64,000 nucleotides of DNA from contig CBRFFM010000015.1 of the NCBI GenBank assembly GCA_967789005.1, forward strand, positions 2,623 to 66,622, given 5' to 3'. Origin of the DNA: an uncultured bacterium. GTDB taxonomy: Bacteria; Bacteroidota; Bacteroidia; Cytophagales; Cyclobacteriaceae. Positions 37,394 through 47,245 of this stretch are shown piece after piece. Both the position numbers and the translations under genes were made by a program. The notes under the pieces are model-generated. The model ran no database searches. It was given only the letters and a program-made list of their open reading frames with translations, and had not been told where the DNA came from. Numbering within the stretch: the stretch's first letter is position 1; each line of letters starts with the position of its first letter.

Positions 37394-39338
37394 ATTCTTT
37401 TATTAACTCAAACTCCACTCTTCGGTTGAATTTTTTTGACTCTTCCGAGTTTTCCTGAACGATTGGTTTGGAGCTACCATAGCCAATGGCGGTAATTCGG
37501 GATTCATCAATTTTGAATTGATCGATGAGGTACGTTCGAATAGCATCGGCACGAGCCTGAGAGAGTTTTAGATTCAGTTCTTCATGGCCGTCTGAATCGG
37601 TATGACCGGCAATTCTCAATTTCTCTTCTGGATGATCTAACAAGAAGTTTCCAACTTTGGCCAAGTCGTTATGCATGGCAGGCAAAATATCTGATTTTCC
37701 ATTTTCAAATTCCAGAGAAATAAACGCAATCTTGCTTTCAATTGGCTCCGCGATGTGTGTTGCCTTTTTGTTGCCATCCATGTAAAAGACTTCTTCAATT
37801 CTGAAAAAGTCATCGCCCTGAATGATGATGAGATAATTTCGTTTGTTAATGAGATTGAAATCATACGTTCCATCTTCTCTTAAATATTTCGGAGCAACTT
37901 CCACACCATGATCCAAATCCAAGACTGAAACAATACCACTCATAGGTTTGCCCTTTCTATCTTGCACCGAACCACTGAGTTCCACTACAGCTTCAGGATG
38001 GGCTTCCATCGGAAGTAAAAAAGAATAGATATCAAGATTTTTAATATCGTTTTCTATTGATCGCGCATAATACAATTCATGACTTTTAGAATCGATAGTG
38101 AAATAATATTCGCTGCCAGCGCCATTCACTAAAGGCCCGATGTTCTTTGGCTCACCCCAACTATTTTTTTGCCGATACGATTTATAAATATCGAAATCCC
38201 CAAAATTGAGCGGATGGCCATCGGAAGAAAAATACAGCACATTGAACTTGTGGTGAAAGAATGGGCTTACCTCGCTTCTTACAGTATTGATGATTGGCCC
38301 CGCATTTTGCGCTCGACCCCAATTCCCTCTTTTGTCTTTTACGGAAAAATAAATGTCAGACAAGCCGAAGCCCCCAAAGCGATTGCTTGCGAAGTAAATG
38401 GTATCTCCACTATGACTGATTGCAGGCTGCGATTCCCAACCCGAAGTATTTACGTTCACTCCCAGGTTTTTGACATCGCCCCAGGTGCTGTCTTTGCTTA
38501 ACGTAGCAACATACAAATCGCAACTGCCAAAACCTTTGGGTGCCTCGCACCTGGAAAAAAATAAGTATTTTCCATCAAGGCTCAGACACGCTGACCCCTC
38601 ATTATAATCGGTATTGATGGTTTTAAAATCTTCGGCTTTGGTCCACGCTCCATCCACTTTATAACTATAAAAAATATCTTCATTGTAAGCACGTTGCTGA
38701 TGGGTGTTGCGCTTGGATGTAAAAAGAAAAACATAGTCTACATTGCCGATGGCAGGTCCGTAATCTTCCTTTGGTGAATTGATATTATCTCCCATCGACT
38801 CAAGCACCGTATGCGGTGGTTTAAGCGTGTCAACTTCTTTTCGATAATTCACTAACTGATAGTAGTGCTCAAGTGGAACGTAGTATTTTTTCTTGTCTGT
38901 TTCGATTGAATCGTATCTCTTATAAATGTTGCTAATATCAACTCCTTGTTTGTGATGTTTAAGCGCCAGTTTGTACAATAATATTGCCTCTCCTTTAGGA
39001 CCAAATTTTTCTGACAGTTCCGCTAACTTCCAGATCATTGGCACATTATCAGAAAAATTTTCGATGCCGAAATTCTTCACGTAATCTTTCAGGGCCTCAT
39101 ACATTTCCTCAGGTTTGTCGCTCAGCTCTTTTAGATGTTTGAGCTTGGTGTGGTCAACATAATACTTGAGCTTATTTACATTGGGGAAATTAAATATGTC
39201 AGACTGGCTGTAGTGAGTGATAGAGTCATTGACAAAGACTGTTTTTACAATCTTTCCTTTTTGATCTTGTGCTAAACTGTGATCAAAACAAAGCGCACAC
39301 CAACACAGGGCAGCTAAAAATGCTTTGAATGGGGTCAT
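37392..39338 (-). CDS. OmpA-family protein with TolB-like (PD40) beta-propeller repeats
   Basis: Signal peptide, an N-terminal TPR-like region, repeated S.P..S.DG..lYF.S.R....G..DIY motifs, and a C-terminal OmpA domain (IAGHTDSDG, NRRVEF). Confidence 0.85.
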   Translation of the reverse strand: MTPFKAFLAALCWCALCFDHSLAQDQKGKIVKTVFVNDSITHYSQSDIFNFPNVNKLKYYVDHTKLKHLKELSDKPEEMYEALKDYVKNFGIENFSDNVPMIWKLAELSEKFGPKGEAILLYKLALKHHKQGVDISNIYKRYDSIETDKKKYYVPLEHYYQLVNYRKEVDTLKPPHTVLESMGDNINSPKEDYGPAIGNVDYVFLFTSKRNTHQQRAYNEDIFYSYKVDGAWTKAEDFKTINTDYNEGSACLSLDGKYLFFSRCEAPKGFGSCDLYVATLSKDSTWGDVKNLGVNVNTSGWESQPAISHSGDTIYFASNRFGGFGLSDIYFSVKDKRGNWGRAQNAGPIINTVRSEVSPFFHHKFNVLYFSSDGHPLNFGDFDIYKSYRQKNSWGEPKNIGPLVNGAGSEYYFTIDSKSHELYYARSIENDIKNLDIYSFLLPMEAHPEAVVELSGSVQDRKGKPMSGIVSVLDLDHGVEVAPKYLREDGTYDFNLINKRNYLIIIQGDDFFRIEEVFYMDGNKKATHIAEPIESKIAFISLEFENGKSDILPAMHNDLAKVGNFLLDHPEEKLRIAGHTDSDGHEELNLKLSQARADAIRTYLIDQFKIDESRITAIGYGSSKPIVQENSEESKKFNRRVEFELIKE

Positions 39339-39526
39339 GATGGGTTATTTGTTCACCTTCATTCAACGAAAAGTTATTCAAATATATGCGATTAACAGGA
39401 ACATTTAGGTAAGAACGCGCTGAGGGAGAGCTAATTCAATCGATTGGCACAGCTATTGACTCATAAGATGTCGGTAAAATTTTAATAGGAGTCGCAATTT
39501 TTTTGTGTCAAATTGGCACTGATATT

Positions 39527-41983
39527 ATGTTCAAAGAAATAACAATACAACCATCAGATCAACAGGAAACAGAGGAGTTGATTCAACTGATTAACCCTGA
39601 AAAAGACATTGAACTTCGTCCTGAAGATCTGCCCGAAGAGCTTTCCATTCTCCCAATAAAGAATACAGTTTTGTTTCCCGGGGTTGTAATTCCGATTACA
39701 GTCACGCGTCAAAAATCGATACGCTTAATTAAGAAAGCGTATCAAGGCAATCGCATCATCGGAGTAATCGCTCAAAAAAATAAACAGGCCGAAGACCCTG
39801 CCATCGAAGATTTGTATCGTTTCGGCACAGTTGCTCGCATCATCAAGATGTTGGTGTTGCCCGATGGAAATACCACGATCATCATTCAAGGTAAAAATCG
39901 CTTTGCGATAAAAGAGTTTGTGGTCGAAGAGCCATTCCTCACAGCGAAAATAGAATTGCAATCAGAACCTACTTTGGATCTGGAGAGCAAGGAAGTGAAG
40001 GCGTTGGTTCAATCTCTGAAAGATGCGGCTTCTAAAATTTTGAAACTCAACCCCGACATACCTCAAGAAGCGCAAGTTGCACTTGATAACATTAACAGTA
40101 CTGCATTTCTCGTTCATTTCCTTTCTTCGAATTTGAATGTGGATGTAGCCGAGAAACAAAAAATTCTTGAAGTCAACAACATCATCGATCGCGGCACATT
40201 GTTGTTGCAGTACATGCTGAAAGAAATTCAGATGTTGGAGATTAAGCATGAGATTCAAAAGAAAGTTCATACTGACATCGATCAACAACAGCGCGATTAT
40301 TTTTTGCGACAGCAAATTAAAGTGCTTCAAGATGAACTTGGCTTTGATGGCCCGGATAAAGAAATAGAAAAACTCCGCAAGCGTGGTGCAGAAAAAAAAT
40401 GGCCAAAGGCTGCAGCCGAGCATTTTAATAAAGAGTTGGATAAGCTTCAACGCACCAATCCTCAAGCACCTGATTTTCCGGTGATGATGAACTATGTGGA
40501 GTTCATGCTCGACTTGCCTTGGGAAGATTATACCAAGGATGATTTTGATTTAAAGAAAGCCAAAAAGATTTTGGACAAAGATCATTTTGGTCTAGAGAAG
40601 GTGAAGACGCGTATTCTTGAATATCTAGCTGTGTTGAAATTGAAGCAAGATATGAAAGGACCGATTTTGTGTTTGTATGGCCCACCCGGAGTTGGAAAAA
40701 CTTCCTTGGGAAAATCAATTGCGAAATCGCTAGGAAGAAATTACATGCGTATGTCTCTGGGCGGCATTCATGACGAAGCTGAGATTCGAGGTCACCGCAA
40801 AACTTATATTGGTGCAATGCCCGGAAAGATTTTGCAAAACATTAAGAAAGCGAAATCATCTAACCCGGTTTTTGTGTTGGATGAAATTGATAAGGTGCGT
40901 ACCGATTTTCGTGGTGACCCGTCATCTGCGCTGCTTGAAGTTTTAGATCCGGAGCAAAACAATGCCTTTGGTGATAACTACCTCGAAGTAGAATACGATT
41001 TATCAAAAGTGTTGTTCATTGCCACGGCCAACTCACTTGATACGATTCAGCCTGCATTGCGCGATCGAATGGAGATCATTGAATTGTCAGGATATACAAT
41101 TGAAGAAAAACTTCAGATCGCCATCAAGCATTTGATTCCTAAACAAATCAAAGAGCACGGCCTCTTACTAAGCGATGTGAAATTTTCTAAAGAAGGTGTG
41201 CTGAAAGTGATCGAAGCCTATACACGGGAATCAGGTGTAAGAAGCTTGGAAAGAAAAATCGGTTCCGTTGTTCGCAACGTTGCTAAGTCAAAAGCGATGG
41301 ATGAGGAGCTTCCAGGTCAAATTACCGAGAAAGAAGTAGTGAAGATTTTGGGAGCTGAGATTTTTGATGAAGAACTTTATCAAGGCAATGAAATTGCAGG
41401 TGTAGTTACTGGCCTTGCCTGGACTTCCGTGGGCGGAGATATTTTGTTTGTCGAGTCAAGCGTGAGCAAAGGAAAAGGAGCGTTGACCATTTCAGGTCAG
41501 TTGGGCGATGTGATGAAAGAATCGGCTACAGCTGCATTATCTTATCTTAAAGCGAATGCCGATTCATTGAATATTGATCATCGTGTGTTTCAAAATTACG
41601 ATTTGCACATTCACGTTCCTGCAGGTGCTGTACCCAAAGATGGTCCATCGGCAGGAATCACTATGCTTACTTCTTTAGCTTCGACTTTCACCCAGCGCAA
41701 AGTAAAATCTCAGTTGGCAATGACTGGGGAGATCACCTTACGTGGAAAGGTTTTGCCTGTTGGCGGTATCAAGGAAAAAATATTGGCAGCGAAGCGCAGC
41801 GGAATTAAGGAGATTATCCTGAGCTCGAAAAATAAACGCGATATTCAGGAAATCGAAAAGAACTACATCAAAGGACTATCATTTAAGTATGTTGATTCCG
41901 TTGATGAAGTTTTGAAGATGGCATTGCTCAAAGAAAAGGTGGCACATCCAATTCATTTCAACTTGCCCGAAGTAAAAGCTTAA
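39527..41983 (+). CDS. lon: ATP-dependent Lon protease (LonA)
   Basis: A LON N-domain, Walker [10 protein letters not shown], and the protease active site [10 protein letters not shown] with K in [22 protein letters not shown]. Confidence 0.95.
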   Translation: MFKEITIQPSDQQETEELIQLINPEKDIELRPEDLPEELSILPIKNTVLFPGVVIPITVTRQKSIRLIKKAYQGNRIIGVIAQKNKQAEDPAIEDLYRFGTVARIIKMLVLPDGNTTIIIQGKNRFAIKEFVVEEPFLTAKIELQSEPTLDLESKEVKALVQSLKDAASKILKLNPDIPQEAQVALDNINSTAFLVHFLSSNLNVDVAEKQKILEVNNIIDRGTLLLQYMLKEIQMLEIKHEIQKKVHTDIDQQQRDYFLRQQIKVLQDELGFDGPDKEIEKLRKRGAEKKWPKAAAEHFNKELDKLQRTNPQAPDFPVMMNYVEFMLDLPWEDYTKDDFDLKKAKKILDKDHFGLEKVKTRILEYLAVLKLKQDMKGPILCLYGPPGVGKTSLGKSIAKSLGRNYMRMSLGGIHDEAEIRGHRKTYIGAMPGKILQNIKKAKSSNPVFVLDEIDKVRTDFRGDPSSALLEVLDPEQNNAFGDNYLEVEYDLSKVLFIATANSLDTIQPALRDRMEIIELSGYTIEEKLQIAIKHLIPKQIKEHGLLLSDVKFSKEGVLKVIEAYTRESGVRSLERKIGSVVRNVAKSKAMDEELPGQITEKEVVKILGAEIFDEELYQGNEIAGVVTGLAWTSVGGDILFVESSVSKGKGALTISGQLGDVMKESATAALSYLKANADSLNIDHRVFQNYDLHIHVPAGAVPKDGPSAGITMLTSLASTFTQRKVKSQLAMTGEITLRGKVLPVGGIKEKILAAKRSGIKEIILSSKNKRDIQEIEKNYIKGLSFKYVDSVDEVLKMALLKEKVAHPIHFNLPEVKA

Positions 41984-41988
41984 AAAAA

Positions 41989-42051
41989 CGTTAATCGTTA
42001 TCCGTTAATAGCGGATAGCGATAACGAGCACGAATAACTATTAACGAATTC
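41989..42051. repeat. Heptamer-built element CGTTAAT/CGTTATC facing CGATAA/CGAATAA in the lon-hslU spacer
   Basis: cgttaat|cgttatc|cgttaat|ag|cggatag|cgataa|cgagca|cgaataa|ctattaa|cgaattc. It shares the 11-mer acgaataacta with 57305-57315. Confidence 0.8.
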
Positions 42052-42054
42052 CTC

Positions 42055-43455
42055 ATGCTTGATTCGAAAAGCCTAACTCCACAACAGATCGTTCAGGAGC
42101 TCGATAAATATATTGTTGGTCAAAAAGATGCCAAACGCAATGTCGCCATCGCTTTACGCAATCGTTGGAGACGCATGAATGCCAATCCGGAAATGCGAAA
42201 CGAAATTGTGCCCAACAACATTCTGATGATTGGAGCCACGGGAGTGGGTAAAACAGAAATTGCCCGAAGACTTGCTAAGATTGCAGATGCACCATTTATA
42301 AAAGTGGAGGCCTCGAAGTTTACGGAAGTGGGTTACGTTGGCCGTGATGTGGAAGGAATGGTTCGCGATCTTGCTGAGCAAGCAGTGAACATGGTAAAGT
42401 CGCGCAAGAAGGAAGAAGTGAAAGAGAAAGCGGCTCAGGTAGTGGAAGAAATTATTCTTGATGCTCTCATTCCACCAATGCGTAAGCCAGCCGGATTTTC
42501 GGTAGCCAATGCAACGGATGAAGAAAATCAGGATGAACCTAAAAGCGATGTTGAATTGAACGAACGTACTCGCAATATCTTTCGCGAGAAAATCCGCAAT
42601 GGCGAATTAGAAGATCGTAAAATTGAAATCGACATTAAGCAAAGCGGAACTCCTGGAGTTGGAATGATCGGAGCGGGAATGATGGATGAAGTGTCGATGA
42701 TGAATTTGCAGGAGATGCTCAGCGGCATGATGCCGAAGAAAAATAAAAAGAGAAAACTCACGGTAGCTGAAGCGAGAAGAGTTTTGTTGGAAGAGGAGGC
42801 AGCAAAACTTATCGATATGGATGAGGTAAAGGAAGAAGCACTTCGCAAAGCGGAAGATGCTGGTATCATTTTTATTGACGAGATCGATAAGATTGCCTCT
42901 GGTGGAAAGAAGGGTGGCGGTGGGCCAGATGTGAGCCGAGAGGGAGTGCAAAGAGATTTACTTCCGATTGTGGAAGGAAGTACAGTGAATACAAAATATG
43001 GGATCATTAACACCGATCACATTTTATTCATTGCTGCTGGAGCATTCCATGTTTCAAAACCTTCCGATCTGATTCCTGAATTGCAAGGGCGCTTCCCTAT
43101 TCGCGTTGAACTGAATAGTTTGACAAAAGACGATTTCGTTCGCATTTTGAAAGAACCTAAGAATGCATTGACGCGTCAGTATCAGGCATTGTTCGAAGCA
43201 GAAGATTTTAAAGTTACGTTTGATGACGATGCTATCGATGAGATTGCTCAAACAGCTTTTGATATCAATGCCGAAGTAGAAAACATTGGCGCCCGCAGAC
43301 TTCATACGGTGATGAGTAAATTACTCAACGAGTTTCTGTTTGACGTGCCTGATAAGATTTCAAAAGAGAAGCCTATCAATATCACCAAAGCTATGGTGGT
43401 AGAAAAATTAAGAGAGCTGATAAAAAATAAGGATTTGAGTGAGTATATTTTGTAA
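42055..43455 (+). CDS. hslU: HslU ATPase subunit of the HslUV protease
   Basis: The N-terminus LTPQQIVQELDKYIVGQKDAKRNVAIALRNRWRR, Walker A GATGVGKTEIARRLA, and an I-domain insertion. Confidence 0.95.
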   Translation: MLDSKSLTPQQIVQELDKYIVGQKDAKRNVAIALRNRWRRMNANPEMRNEIVPNNILMIGATGVGKTEIARRLAKIADAPFIKVEASKFTEVGYVGRDVEGMVRDLAEQAVNMVKSRKKEEVKEKAAQVVEEIILDALIPPMRKPAGFSVANATDEENQDEPKSDVELNERTRNIFREKIRNGELEDRKIEIDIKQSGTPGVGMIGAGMMDEVSMMNLQEMLSGMMPKKNKKRKLTVAEARRVLLEEEAAKLIDMDEVKEEALRKAEDAGIIFIDEIDKIASGGKKGGGGPDVSREGVQRDLLPIVEGSTVNTKYGIINTDHILFIAAGAFHVSKPSDLIPELQGRFPIRVELNSLTKDDFVRILKEPKNALTRQYQALFEAEDFKVTFDDDAIDEIAQTAFDINAEVENIGARRLHTVMSKLLNEFLFDVPDKISKEKPINITKAMVVEKLRELIKNKDLSEYIL

Positions 43456-43541
43456 CTCAATCTCCATTTTGATGAAGGTAATTCAATTAGCATTACCGAT
43501 TTCATTCCCTAAAAGCCTACCTATTAGAAAAGAAGAAAGAT

Positions 43542-43549
43542 TAGATTTG
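43542..43549 (+). promoter_or_regulatory. Candidate -7 box TAgaTTTG
   Basis: The sequence tagatttg lies 13 nt upstream of the ATG at 43563. Confidence 0.4.
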
Positions 43550-43562
43550 CGAAGTCAATGAT

Positions 43563-44612
43563 ATGAAATCAATCATGAGAGTTGTCTTGATTTTAGTTTT
43601 AAGTTTGGGAACTGTAATCAATACTTCGGCAAACAAGCCCTCAGATTCTCTTCGCAATAAGAACATTCAACGCTTTCCCGATTATTTCTTTATCTGGCCT
43701 GTAATCAAACAGCGCAGTACCTCTTTTGAAATAGAAAACCTTCCAGGCAAAAGCGAAAAACTTATTTACAAACCCAATGGCAATGTTGGATTAGGCTTGG
43801 GAATGTATCTTTTTGAAATTGGCTTTGAACTTACATTTTCAGTTCAACCAAAGGAAAGTACTCAATACCTCTATGGTCATTCACGAGTAAAAGATATACA
43901 GGCAAACATTCTTGGAAAACATTGGGGCCTTGACGTCTTCACACAAAACTACAATGGCTTTTACCGAACGGACAAAAATGTTTCAGTGCCAGCAAACATG
44001 CCTTACCCACAACGTCCTGATATTAGCACATGGAATACGGGTGTGAACGGCATTTATCTCTTCAACAAAAACAAATACTCAATTCGTGCTGCGTATAATT
44101 TTGCAGAGCGTCAACTTCGAAGTGGTGGTTCGTTTTTGTTGAGTGGTACGGTGAACACTTTCAGTCTCCGGGCAGATTCTGCTATTTATGGGCCGAAGTA
44201 TGAACCAACTTTTGGAGTGAATGCTGACTTCAATAAACTCGACTATACCACGATTAGTGTCGCTCCCGGTTATGCGCATACTTTTGTGATCAGACATTTT
44301 TTTGTGAATAGCTCCTTATCCATCGGTCCTGCCCAGCATTGGGTTTACTATCAATCAGCTTCAAATTCAAAACACGAAACAACACTGAACAGCTTTGTCG
44401 ATTTGAGATTAGCTATTGGCTACAACAGCGACAGGTTCTTTTCAGGGATAAACTTCGTGGCGCAATCACGCAACATTAAGTTCGAGCAGATTCAATTCAC
44501 AAGCACAAGTTCCACTTTTAAGATGGTGATTGGCTACCGCTTTCGCGAATTTGGCATCTTGAAAAAAAGTGCGAGAGATTTGCTTCCGAGGGAGAGGAAA
44601 AGTAAGATTTGA
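43563..44612 (+). CDS. Hypothetical outer-membrane-like protein (possibly DUF4421)
   Basis: Signal peptide MKSIMRVVLILVLSLGTVINTSA and a beta-strand-rich sequence with alternating aromatics. The family assignment is from memory only. Confidence 0.5.
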   Translation: MKSIMRVVLILVLSLGTVINTSANKPSDSLRNKNIQRFPDYFFIWPVIKQRSTSFEIENLPGKSEKLIYKPNGNVGLGLGMYLFEIGFELTFSVQPKESTQYLYGHSRVKDIQANILGKHWGLDVFTQNYNGFYRTDKNVSVPANMPYPQRPDISTWNTGVNGIYLFNKNKYSIRAAYNFAERQLRSGGSFLLSGTVNTFSLRADSAIYGPKYEPTFGVNADFNKLDYTTISVAPGYAHTFVIRHFFVNSSLSIGPAQHWVYYQSASNSKHETTLNSFVDLRLAIGYNSDRFFSGINFVAQSRNIKFEQIQFTSTSSTFKMVIGYRFREFGILKKSARDLLPRERKSKI

Positions 44613-44660
44613 TTCCTTGTCTCATAACTTTAACTTGCTATTTAGTAACCCAAAAAAACC

Positions 44661-45668
44661 TTGCTGATTACACTAATAGGTATCGTGCTAGGCACCATCG
44701 TAATGTTTTTTGCAGTATCGAAAACTGCAAAACTTCGCGATTTATTGCTCACCGGCCCCAATGCACAAAAATGGAAATGGCTCATCTACATGATGGTGTT
44801 CTTTCTTTTGGGCTACGCGATCTCGATTGCCTTGGTGCTTGCAAAAGAAGTCGATGTTCTTCTGGTCATCACCGGTATTGTATTTTTTGTAGGAGCCCTT
44901 TTCGTCTTGTTGGTAGTCATTACCGCCAAATCTGACATCGAGCGAATCAAGGAGGCCAGCGCCACATTGGAGATAAATAACAAAGAGCTTGAAAAAATCA
45001 ACAAAGAACTTGACCTGTTCGCTTATCGGGTTTCACATGATTTGCGTGGACCCATCGCTTCCATTCGGGGATTGATAGAAATCGTTAAGTCGGCCAAGAC
45101 CAAAGAAGAAAGTGATTTTTGCCTGGAAAAAATCAGTGCAAGTACTATTAAACTTGACGGCTTTATTCAGGATATTCTTGACCTCTCTAGAAATTCAAGA
45201 ACCGAAATCGTTAGTGAACCTGTTGACGTCCGCGCAATGGTCATGGAAGTAACAGAAGGTCTTAAATACATGGATCAGGATCAGAGAATTGAATTTAGAT
45301 TGGGCTGCGAATCACCAACGATCACCACCGATCCCTTGAGGCTTAAAATTATTCTTACTAACCTGATCGCAAATGCATACAAATATCAGGACATGAAAAA
45401 AGATAAACCGATAATTGAGATTTCCTGTGCTCTCAAGAATCAATCCATCAATCTGTTGGTAAAAGACAATGGCATTGGCATCAAGGATGAGTATAAAGAC
45501 AAAATTTTCGAAATGTTTTTTAGAGGAACAGATAAATCTGTCGGAACCGGACTTGGACTTTACGTTGTAAAGGAGATTATTGAAAAATTAAACGGAACAA
45601 TTAATGTGAGAAGCGAATTTGAAAAGGGATCCGAATTCGAGATTAATTTTCCCGTTAAAGGTGTCTAG
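44661..45668 (+). CDS. Orphan sensor histidine kinase (HisKA + HATPase_c)
   Basis: Three TM helices, a coiled coil, the H-box FAYRVSHDLRGPI, the N-box LIANAYKY and the G-boxes DNGIGI and GTGLGL. It has a TTG start at 44661. No response regulator is adjacent. Confidence 0.8.
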   Translation: MLITLIGIVLGTIVMFFAVSKTAKLRDLLLTGPNAQKWKWLIYMMVFFLLGYAISIALVLAKEVDVLLVITGIVFFVGALFVLLVVITAKSDIERIKEASATLEINNKELEKINKELDLFAYRVSHDLRGPIASIRGLIEIVKSAKTKEESDFCLEKISASTIKLDGFIQDILDLSRNSRTEIVSEPVDVRAMVMEVTEGLKYMDQDQRIEFRLGCESPTITTDPLRLKIILTNLIANAYKYQDMKKDKPIIEISCALKNQSINLLVKDNGIGIKDEYKDKIFEMFFRGTDKSVGTGLGLYVVKEIIEKLNGTINVRSEFEKGSEFEINFPVKGV

Positions 45669-45675
45669 CGTTAAC

Positions 45676-46656
45676 TCAATCTAAGTCCTTCATTCGTTGA
45701 AGTGCTTTCTTCTGGAAATACTCAATTGGTTTGTATTCTTTCTCCAGACATTGCTGATAGGCCTTTTTAGCCTTATCGTTATTCTTATGGAATTCTTCTT
45801 CGATTAATCCTTTTAGAAAATGACCAGGCCCTGAGAAGTAGAAAAAGTTTTGTTTCCCTAAGACTTCAACGAGCGGAATTGCTTCTGCATATTTTTTGCT
45901 TCTGATCAGATTCTCAGCATAGAACTCTGTTAGCTTCAAGTTATGTGGGTAATTCTGAATTAGACGTTCACTGTAAGGGAGGGCATCATTAGGTTTGTTT
46001 TCCAGATGGAGGAGAATGTGCGCGAGAAAAATGCAAGCCTCTGTCTGGATTAAGGAAGGATTTTCAGCACACTGTTTCAAAAGTTTTAAGCCTTCCACTT
46101 TGTTGCCTGATCTTAGCGGTACCAAAGCAGCTCTGAAGAAAAAACTTTTCTGCCGATAGTACTCTACATAATATTTGTAAAGCCCGACAATGAACAAATA
46201 CTCGGGGTATGAATATTTCTTGTCCATTGCTTCAGTCAAAAGCGGATAAGCTTTTTGTGCATACTTTAAGGCAAACCAATTTTCTCCCTGGGATGAATAG
46301 TATTCCGAAATAAAAAGGTAGGTACAGATTTTATAGTAAGAAATCCTTAACCCGGTTTTGGACTGCTTCTCTAACTGATCGGCATTTTTTAGTAATAGAT
46401 CTAGATAGTGTTTATGATGAGAACTGAATGACACCGGGATTTCCTTCCATCTCCAAAGGAAAATCTCTAATAACCGCTGCACATTGGCATCAACCGATTT
46501 AATATCTACCTGGTTGTATTTGTCGAATTCATTATGGTAAATAAAATTTAGCGCCCTTAATTCAGGAACAGTGTCCGATACCGTGATAGATTGTGATTGG
46601 GCGGCTATGGTGCCAGTACACCCGAAGAGAAGCAAAAAGTAAATCCCCAATCTCAT
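45676..46656 (-). CDS. Secreted TPR-like helical-repeat protein, hypothetical
   Basis: Signal peptide MRLGIYFLLLFGCTGTIAAQ (start set at ATG 46656) and helical repeats rich in Y/A/L. Confidence 0.6.
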   Translation of the reverse strand: MRLGIYFLLLFGCTGTIAAQSQSITVSDTVPELRALNFIYHNEFDKYNQVDIKSVDANVQRLLEIFLWRWKEIPVSFSSHHKHYLDLLLKNADQLEKQSKTGLRISYYKICTYLFISEYYSSQGENWFALKYAQKAYPLLTEAMDKKYSYPEYLFIVGLYKYYVEYYRQKSFFFRAALVPLRSGNKVEGLKLLKQCAENPSLIQTEACIFLAHILLHLENKPNDALPYSERLIQNYPHNLKLTEFYAENLIRSKKYAEAIPLVEVLGKQNFFYFSGPGHFLKGLIEEEFHKNNDKAKKAYQQCLEKEYKPIEYFQKKALQRMKDLD

Positions 46657-46774
46657 TATGCCCTGAAAAACGGCATGATAGCAAGGAAAAACCGAAAATG
46701 CCAATAGGGTATTTTTCACGTATTCTTGCATTATTGTCTCTGATTAATTAACCTTGACAAAATTTTAAACTCAA

Positions 46775-47185
46775 ATGAAAAAAATTCTATTACTCGCGCT
46801 CGTTTGTACACTAGGATTTGCGTACAGCAGCAAAGCATCTTCTATCTATCAAGTTAATGATAACGCTATCGAAGCGGCATTAAACACCGCTACTCCAGTA
46901 GCTGTTCAAGCTGATGATGCAGGATCACTATTTAGCCCTATGGCAATTCAAGCAAAAGGATCAGACAAAAATGTTTGGGTTGCTTGTATCCTTGACTGGC
47001 TTTTGGGCGGTATCGCTGTTCACCGTGTTTACTTGGGCAGTACACCAGCTATGATTTTCTATTACCTGATCACAGGTTGTGGTATCTTCGGTATTGTGCC
47101 AACAATCGACTTAATCGTTTTGTTGATCAACAATCAGGACATCAGCAAGTATGTTGGTAACAACAAATACTTCATGTGGGGATAA
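46775..47185 (+). CDS. TM2-domain protein
   Basis: Signal peptide and a TM2 core: VACILDWLLGGIAVHRVYLG...GIFGIVPTIDLIVLL. Confidence 0.8.
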   Translation: MKKILLLALVCTLGFAYSSKASSIYQVNDNAIEAALNTATPVAVQADDAGSLFSPMAIQAKGSDKNVWVACILDWLLGGIAVHRVYLGSTPAMIFYYLITGCGIFGIVPTIDLIVLLINNQDISKYVGNNKYFMWG

Positions 47186-47204
47186 GAACTATTCCTCCTA
47201 GATA

Positions 47205-47245
47205 AATGAAGGGCTGTCTCAAAAAGACGGCCCTTCATTTTTTTT
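47205..47245 (+). terminator. Rho-independent terminator of the TM2 gene, shared with the convergent gene
   Basis: The stem aatgaagggc/gcccttcatt is 10 bp perfect and is followed by a T-run. The stop codon of the minus-strand gene lies within the descending arm. Confidence 0.75.

Noticed and set aside
39514-39529. Second TGGCAC motif (ttggcactgatattATG) just before the lon start
   Set aside because: The downstream element reads TTAT rather than TTGC and overlaps the start codon, so it cannot act as a -24/-12 promoter for lon.
41984-42054. Searched for a hidden hslV between lon and hslU
   Set aside because: Only 71 nt are available, and they are occupied by the heptamer element. No ORF is possible.
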